Shown piece after piece: positions 58,423 to 64,000 of a stretch of DNA of 64,000 nucleotides. Position numbers and translations under genes: made by a program. Below the pieces are notes generated by a model. The model saw nothing but the letters and a program-made list of their open reading frames with translations, made no database searches and was not told where the DNA came from. Numbering within the stretch: position 1 is the stretch's first letter; each line of letters starts with the position of its first letter. The stretch is from positions 102,053 through 166,052 of the forward strand of contig CAZPLB010000002.1 of assembly GCA_964587425.1 (NCBI GenBank). Reading direction: 5' to 3'. The stretch is from an uncultured Gammaproteobacteria bacterium (lineage in GTDB: Bacteria > Patescibacteriota > Microgenomatia > UBA8517).

Positions 58423-59410
58423 AGTCTTTATAAAATTTACCCCAATCGACCGGAACCATTAATTCTTTGAACATTACTCCATCTGACACTACTCTAAGTT
58501 TTTGAATTTTAGATCTCTTTCTCAGAGTAGAAGGTAAATGAACTAAGTTCCACCATAACGCTCTAAAAATCATAGTGGCATTTTTAATACTTCCCTTTAA
58601 AAGAAATGCGAATGCAATTCCAAGTGAAATAATAATATGAATAGGTAAAACTACAATTAAATTCAATAGTCCAAAGCTTTTAAGAAGTGAACAAATTCTA
58701 TTTTTATAATAATGAAAATTAATATTTAATACATTAAGTCTCCTTATTGTGTATCCAACTTTATGGTAAATCTTTGCATTAGGAAAAAAAACAACCCGCT
58801 TACCCACAAGCCATACCTTCCAACAAAAATCGCTTTCTTCAAAATAAGAAACAAAATCATCATCGAATAAACCAACCTTATCCACAACATCTTTCCTAAT
58901 TAGAATGCAAGCCCCTTTGGCGCTAAATATATCTCTTTCATTTTCAAATTCCTTTGAATCCTTTTGTAGAAAACCCCAATGGTCTAAAAACCCAATTCGT
59001 GTCATGAATGAACCGGCGTTATCCATCAGTTCTGGCTTGTCCATAATTAAAATCTTCGGCTGAATTGCACCAATAGTATCGTCTTCCATCATTCTCTGAA
59101 CCATCTTACTTAAGAAACTAACTTCAACTTTTGTATCATTGTTAAGTAGAAGAACATACTTACCTTTAGAAACAGCAACTCCTTGATTATTTGCCTTTGC
59201 AAATCCCACATTCTCTTTATTCTTTATCGTCTTCACTTTTATTCCTCTGAAGCTTTCAAGTTTTTCAATCGAATCGTCAGTAGACCCATTATCAACAACA
59301 ACTAACTCCCAATTTCGATAGTCAATTTTAGACAAAGATTTAATGCAATCTTCAAAAACGCTGCCACCATTCCAATTTGCAATAATTATTGAAACCAATG
59401 GTTCTTTCAT
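58391..59410 (-). CDS. GT2 glycosyltransferase
   Basis: SIII.NWNG, VDNGSTD, N.GFA.ANN, LLNND, F..Y.EE.D.CW. Confidence 0.93.
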   Translation of the reverse strand: MKEPLVSIIIANWNGGSVFEDCIKSLSKIDYRNWELVVVDNGSTDDSIEKLESFRGIKVKTIKNKENVGFAKANNQGVAVSKGKYVLLLNNDTKVEVSFLSKMVQRMMEDDTIGAIQPKILIMDKPELMDNAGSFMTRIGFLDHWGFLQKDSKEFENERDIFSAKGACILIRKDVVDKVGLFDDDFVSYFEESDFCWKVWLVGKRVVFFPNAKIYHKVGYTIRRLNVLNINFHYYKNRICSLLKSFGLLNLIVVLPIHIIISLGIAFAFLLKGSIKNATMIFRALWWNLVHLPSTLRKRSKIQKLRVVSDGVMFKELMVPVDWGKFYKDFKRVEKDIGN

Positions 59411-60255
59411 AGATATTTAAACATTTTAAAAAAGGTTTTAATAAATCTAACTAAACCAACAGCTTTCAAAAAACCAATCGCAGCTGCAGAGGTTTCAAGG
59501 AACCTGACAACTAAAAGTGTAACTCCCATAATAGGATTAAAAATAAACTGTTTCCAATTCCGGAAATACGCCATCCTCAAAATGAGGATCCCCTGCTTCG
59601 AAATTAAGTCTGGATGCTTCTGAGCATAACCTGCGCTCAAGTATGCATAATAATATTTCTTCTTTAACTGCTTTATTAGAGTTAACCCAGTTTCGTGATG
59701 CAAGATCCATGATTTAACTCTCCCAATCGTATATTTTGTACTCATCCTCTTTGGTAGATCATAGTCCTCCGTGCCAGTTAAATTGATATCGTATCCACCA
59801 AACTCCATGAATGCTAGTCTGTCAAAAAATCTAGCAACTTCTACCGTTGAATCTCCCACATACATACTTCTTTCAAATTTTCGAACTTCAGCCATGAAAC
59901 CCTTTCCAACAGTCCTTTCTGGAATAACTAAACCCATGTTGCTGTGAATGTTATTTACGCAGTCTTTGATAACACCTGGCGTCAACTCCATATCCGCGTC
60001 CAAAAACAAAAAATATTTACCTTTAGCCTCTTGTGCACCAAAATTTCTCTGAACACTTCGCTCTGCATGGCTTCGTAAGAAAACTTTATCAGTATGGTGC
60101 TTGGCTATGTCAACCGTCCTATCGCTTGACCCATCATCAACAACTATTGCTTCCCAATTCTCATAACTCTGTTCTTTTATAGAAACTAGAAGTCTCTCAA
60201 TATTTTCTTCCTCGTTAAAAACAGGGATTATTACTGAAACCAACGATTGTGACAT
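59407..60255 (-). CDS. GT2 glycosyltransferase
   Basis: SVIIPVFNEE, VDDGS.D, ERS.QRN.G, LDADM, GGYD...G.ED. Confidence 0.93.
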   Translation of the reverse strand: MSQSLVSVIIPVFNEEENIERLLVSIKEQSYENWEAIVVDDGSSDRTVDIAKHHTDKVFLRSHAERSVQRNFGAQEAKGKYFLFLDADMELTPGVIKDCVNNIHSNMGLVIPERTVGKGFMAEVRKFERSMYVGDSTVEVARFFDRLAFMEFGGYDINLTGTEDYDLPKRMSTKYTIGRVKSWILHHETGLTLIKQLKKKYYYAYLSAGYAQKHPDLISKQGILILRMAYFRNWKQFIFNPIMGVTLLVVRFLETSAAAIGFLKAVGLVRFIKTFFKMFKYL

Positions 60256-60264
60256 TCAGCTTAA

Positions 60265-60297
60265 ATTTTACACTATAGATTGGGTAAGTGGTATAAT
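60265..60297. promoter_or_regulatory. divergent -10 boxes
   Basis: minus TAAAAT (60270-60265) 9 nt before ATG 60255; plus TGgTATAAT (60289-60297) 9 nt before ATG 60307. Confidence 0.55.
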
Positions 60298-60306
60298 CCA
60301 ATCGAA

Positions 60307-61251
60307 ATGAAGAAACAGCAATTTATTTCATTCGTCATTCCAGCCAAAAATGAAGAAGAATCAGTTGCTCCTCTGTTCCAAGAAATCACGAAAAACATAA
60401 AAAATATAACAAACAAATTTGAAGTTATATTTGTTGACGATGGCTCGACAGATAATACCTTCCAAGAAATCACAAAACTCAGGAAAAAAAACAAAAAGGT
60501 AAAAGTATTAAAGTTGAGAGGTTGGCATGGAAAATCTATAGCTCTTAAGTCCGGATTTGAATATGCACGTGGAGAAATTATAATCACAATGGATGCAGAT
60601 CTCCAAGACAATCCCAAAGAAATAAAAAGATTTATAGATAAAATAAACGAAGGGTTTGACCTTGTCTCCGGTTGGAAGAAAAAAAGACACGATCCGATAG
60701 CCAAGACATTCCCATCAAAAATAGGCAATTGGACAACAAGACTACTAACAGGTGTAAAAATCCACGACCTTAATTGCGGTTTTAAAGCATATAGATCAGA
60801 AGTTGTTAAAAATCTCAATTTATACGGTGAACTTTACAAATACATCCCTGTACTAGTTGAGAAACAAAATTATAAAGTTACTGAAATTATAGTCGACCAC
60901 CGAAAAAGAAAATTTGGCTCATCAAAATTTGGCTGGGAAAGAAACATGAAAGGTTTTCTCGACATGTTAACAATTGTCCTCATAACCAAATATTTAAAAA
61001 GGCCTGGTCACTTCTTTGGAACTGCAGGTTTCATTTCATTTTTCGCTGGTTTTATAATTGGCCTATATATTGCATATCTAAGAATAACAACTGGGAGCAT
61101 TCAATATAGACACCCGCTTCTTTTTTTGGGAATACTCTTGATGACAATCGGAGTACAGCTTGTAACAACAGGCTTGCTAGCCGAGATGATCACCAGTTTT
61201 AACCAAAAGGGTCAGTCAAGCGCTTCACTCATCGAGAAGATATTAACATGA
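60307..61251 (+). CDS. GT2 undecaprenyl-phosphate glycosyltransferase (ArnC-like)
   Basis: VIPAKNEE, VDDGSTD, TMDADLQD.P, SGWK..R.D, HD.NCGFKAY, C-terminal TMs. Confidence 0.93.
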   Translation: MKKQQFISFVIPAKNEEESVAPLFQEITKNIKNITNKFEVIFVDDGSTDNTFQEITKLRKKNKKVKVLKLRGWHGKSIALKSGFEYARGEIIITMDADLQDNPKEIKRFIDKINEGFDLVSGWKKKRHDPIAKTFPSKIGNWTTRLLTGVKIHDLNCGFKAYRSEVVKNLNLYGELYKYIPVLVEKQNYKVTEIIVDHRKRKFGSSKFGWERNMKGFLDMLTIVLITKYLKRPGHFFGTAGFISFFAGFIIGLYIAYLRITTGSIQYRHPLLFLGILLMTIGVQLVTTGLLAEMITSFNQKGQSSASLIEKILT

Positions 61252-62183
61252 CAAAAAAAACAATATCTGTTGTAATCCCCTGCCACAACGAAGAAAAAAA
61301 CATCCCGCACCTAATACCCGCGATAATTAAAAATTTGCCCAAAAAATATAACTACGAAATTATCCTTGTTGATGATGGTTCAAAGGATTCAACTTTCTTT
61401 CAAATTCAAAATATTGCCAAAAAAAATAAAAAAGTAAAAGGTATCGCACTCCACAGAAACTTTGGTCATCAGGCAGCATTGTTGGCAGGAGCTCAAATGA
61501 CCAAGGGCAACGCAGTAATAACGATGGATGCAGACTTCCAACACCCCCCTGAATTAATTCCTAAAATAACATCCCTCTGGGAAAAAGGTTACGATTTAGT
61601 TCAAATGCAAAAAAAAGAAGTGAAGTCAAAGAATATAATTAAACACTCAATTCGAAAATTAGGTTACTCCATCTGGGAAAAAGTAAGCGGTGGCGTATTA
61701 GTTCCAGGTGTATCAGACTTTAGATTAATGGATGCTAAAATCTGTGAATACTTAGTAGAATCTCAAGAAAGAGTAATCTTTTTAAGGGGTTTAACCAATT
61801 TGGCTGCAAGAAAGCCTATTACAATTCCATACCAAGTTGCAAAAAGAAAATTCGGCAAATCCTCCTATACATTTAATATGTTTGTAAACATGTTTATAAA
61901 TGGTTTCATTTCATTTAGCACTTTCCCTCTGAGAATTGCCGCGATAACCGGCTTCGCCATGATTTTAATATCTGGAACACTCCTCACATTGGATATAATA
62001 TTGGCAACGATTACCCACAAAAGAATAATTCAAGGGTTTACAACACTGGCATTTTTGATAATCATATTAAATGGGTTCCTTATTTTTTATATGGGAATTA
62101 TTGGAGAATATCTTGGTGTAATTTTCAAAGAGGTTAAAAAAAGACCGAAATTTTTAATTGAAAGAACAGTCAACATAAAATGA
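61248..62183 (+). CDS. GT2 undecaprenyl-phosphate glycosyltransferase (GtrB-like)
   Basis: VIPCHNEE, RNFGHQAAL.AG, MDADFQHPP, DFRL, GEYLG.IF.EVK.RP. Confidence 0.93.
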   Translation: MTKKTISVVIPCHNEEKNIPHLIPAIIKNLPKKYNYEIILVDDGSKDSTFFQIQNIAKKNKKVKGIALHRNFGHQAALLAGAQMTKGNAVITMDADFQHPPELIPKITSLWEKGYDLVQMQKKEVKSKNIIKHSIRKLGYSIWEKVSGGVLVPGVSDFRLMDAKICEYLVESQERVIFLRGLTNLAARKPITIPYQVAKRKFGKSSYTFNMFVNMFINGFISFSTFPLRIAAITGFAMILISGTLLTLDIILATITHKRIIQGFTTLAFLIIILNGFLIFYMGIIGEYLGVIFKEVKKRPKFLIERTVNIK

Positions 62184-62995
62184 AATGTGTAGTTTGTAGA
62201 AAAGACAATTGGAGTAAAAAGTACAAAACACTCCTTAAATGTGGAGGCTGTGGTTTTGTCCGCGCAAATGATAAATTCTTTAAAATAGATCCAAAGAAAA
62301 TATATTCTAGACAATACTTCAATGGAGATGATTACTTTGATTATGAATCTGAAGAAAATGCACTCAAAGTAAACTTCAGAAATAGACTAAACAGGATACT
62401 AAAGTATAGAAAAAATGGCAAACTCCTTGAAATAGGGTGCGCTTATGGTTATTTTCTAGAGTTAGCAAGCAATAATTTTAAGACATATGGTATCGATCTA
62501 GATAAAGAAACCACCAGAATTGCCAAGAAGAATTCAAAATCAAAAATTTATACAGGTGATTTAATAAAAACAAATGTTGGTAAAAACTATGACATCATCT
62601 GCATGTTTGATGTCATTGAACATTTGAAATATCCTGATTTGTATTTCAAAAAAATATATAAAATCTTAAAACCAAACGGTGTCGTGGTGATAGAAACTGG
62701 TGATATTGGATCCACCTTGGCAAAAATTCAAAAAGAAAAATGGAGATTGATTAAACCTCCATTTCATCTGCAATATTTTGACAGAAAAACTCTCCACCAA
62801 TTTTTGTCTAAGAATAAACTCGAAGTCAAACTTTCAGAACATACAAGCTTTGAGAGAACATTAAGTCAAACTATCTACAGACTCCACCCATCTCCAGTAA
62901 CAAACAAAATCTCGGAATACATCCCTAAATTTTCCTTCTCTATAAATACAAACGATATATTATTTGTTATCGCTCAAAAAACGATATCTAACTAA
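62180..62995 (+). CDS. class I SAM-dependent methyltransferase with N-terminal CxxC..CxxC
   Basis: CVVC..CGGCG, LLEIGCAYG, FDVIEHL..P, LKP.G, PP.HL.YF. Confidence 0.92.
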   Translation: MKCVVCRKDNWSKKYKTLLKCGGCGFVRANDKFFKIDPKKIYSRQYFNGDDYFDYESEENALKVNFRNRLNRILKYRKNGKLLEIGCAYGYFLELASNNFKTYGIDLDKETTRIAKKNSKSKIYTGDLIKTNVGKNYDIICMFDVIEHLKYPDLYFKKIYKILKPNGVVVIETGDIGSTLAKIQKEKWRLIKPPFHLQYFDRKTLHQFLSKNKLEVKLSEHTSFERTLSQTIYRLHPSPVTNKISEYIPKFSFSINTNDILFVIAQKTISN

Positions 62996-64000
62996 ATCGA
63001 GATGGACAGTAACTGGATAATCAAGGCATCCAACTCGAATAGTAGGCGTATCTAAACCCATTGAAGGAAGGTCAAAGGTGTAATCCCTCTCTAGGCCATC
63101 TGCATGCAATATGAAAGGTATCACTCCCTTTCCGTACGACTTCGAGCTCCATTCAACACAAGCTGTTACTCCACTTTTCAGCAATGCCAAAAGCGCACTC
63201 TTATCCGAATTTGTTTCAATGTGTTGCACTGGGGAAATCCGTACCTTCTGCACTAAATTGGGATCAATATCGCCAAAGCCTGCTGGGATTAAGTTTATGT
63301 CGCTAATCGACGGTCTATCTCCTCCAGTTTCAATTATTTTTATTTCAATCAGCTTCAACCGCCTTTTGGGAAATAATACTTTAATAACGCCGTCCTTAAA
63401 AGTACTCATCTCAGTATTCACATTAATTCCATCAAGCTTAACCTCAACTTTCTTCGGCTTTCGAACTTCACTCTGACCCTTTATTATTATTCCATCCAAC
63501 AAATTACTGGATTTAAAAGATAGGGTGATAACTGGCTTAACCCCTTCAAACCAGTCTCTTTCCCCAAGCCAATAGCTATCTTGAAACGACACATCTGTCA
63601 TACTCTTGGGATCTGTCCCCTCGCTCGAGCTTGTTGCCGCTATTGTAACCTCATTCCTTAAACCCTCTGAAATCCTAATAAAATCAAGGTAATGTGAAAT
63701 TCCAACATCCGCAGAAATACAATCAGTACATTTATCCAAAGGAGGAACAAAATCATGAACATCTGCCTTCAATCTCAATACCATAGTTGTAGGGATAGTA
63801 GGTATAAACCCAGTCATCACAAATTCATCCTTTTGAGACTTTAAATAAATCTTGTTACTTCTCGAAATATTCTTGGCCAATAAATCTCTCGACTCTTCTG
63901 TAGTATCAATCAATTTACTCCCATTCCAGTAGAATGCATACAGCCTATTGCTTGGCACGTTTCCATCTCTCCACATCCTTGTAAAAAGATCACTTTCTGT
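62960..64000 (-). CDS. C-terminal part of a discoidin-domain protein paralogous to 46005-48407 (5'-partial)
   Basis: frame open to the window end; LYAFYWNG.KLID and W.G.R.W....ITL match the 46005-48407 protein. Confidence 0.75.
   Translation of the reverse strand, partial: TESDLFTRMWRDGNVPSNRLYAFYWNGSKLIDTTEESRDLLAKNISRSNKIYLKSQKDEFVMTGFIPTIPTTMVLRLKADVHDFVPPLDKCTDCISADVGISHYLDFIRISEGLRNEVTIAATSSSEGTDPKSMTDVSFQDSYWLGERDWFEGVKPVITLSFKSSNLLDGIIIKGQSEVRKPKKVEVKLDGINVNTEMSTFKDGVIKVLFPKRRLKLIEIKIIETGGDRPSISDINLIPAGFGDIDPNLVQKVRISPVQHIETNSDKSALLALLKSGVTACVEWSSKSYGKGVIPFILHADGLERDYTFDLPSMGLDTPTIRVGCLDYPVTVHLDLVRYRFLSDNK

Noticed and set aside
54501-61270. A8-A9 homopolymers near gene starts (e.g. 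~54515, ~61253) as phase-variation tracts
   Set aside because: Genes are in frame and such runs are expected from Lys codons in AT-rich DNA; read-level length variation would be needed
1-64000. Alternative genetic code (TGA recoded) as in Gracilibacteria/Absconditabacteria
   Set aside because: Genes are full length under code 11 and TGA ends many of them, often in ATGA overlaps
1-64000. tRNA, rRNA, riboswitch, prophage or IS elements
   Set aside because: No cloverleaf or rRNA-like sequence, no sizeable non-coding gaps, and no transposase, integrase or phage structural motifs recognised

Overview
Gene-dense, AT-rich bacterial chromosomal segment in genetic code 11 (TGA used as stop). Gene content and style (alpha2-type GlyRS, short RecO, DUF4012, near-absent intergenic DNA, many orphan inserts) suggest Patescibacteria/CPR, probably Microgenomates; this is inference. 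Positions 1-9.9 kb hold housekeeping and accessory genes: glyQS, a Cas4/AddB-like nuclease, tspO, an Rpf-like muralytic enzyme, a cupin, recO, and a three-gene unit of DNA methyltransferase, DCD-domain/PD-(D/E)XK nuclease fusion and DUF2130. This unit is the best candidate for an undescribed defence system. From 9.9 kb to the window end is a >54 kb surface-glycan locus: a priming phosphoglycosyl transferase, ManC, ~6 GT4, ~11 GT2, ~11 multi-TM GT-C-like proteins, a Wzx flippase, a WaaL/Wzy-like protein, six SAM methyltransferases, an acetyltransferase, a sulfotransferase and an FAD oxidoreductase. Reading the DNA also shows TAnnnT -10 boxes 5-10 nt before many start codons (leaderless or near-leaderless transcripts), a 40-aa membrane ORF missing from the track, two divergent genes sharing one CATG start, and a GT4 split into two genes at its domain linker. 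No tRNA, rRNA, CRISPR array or IS was recognised. All family assignments come from motif recognition by eye, not database searches.
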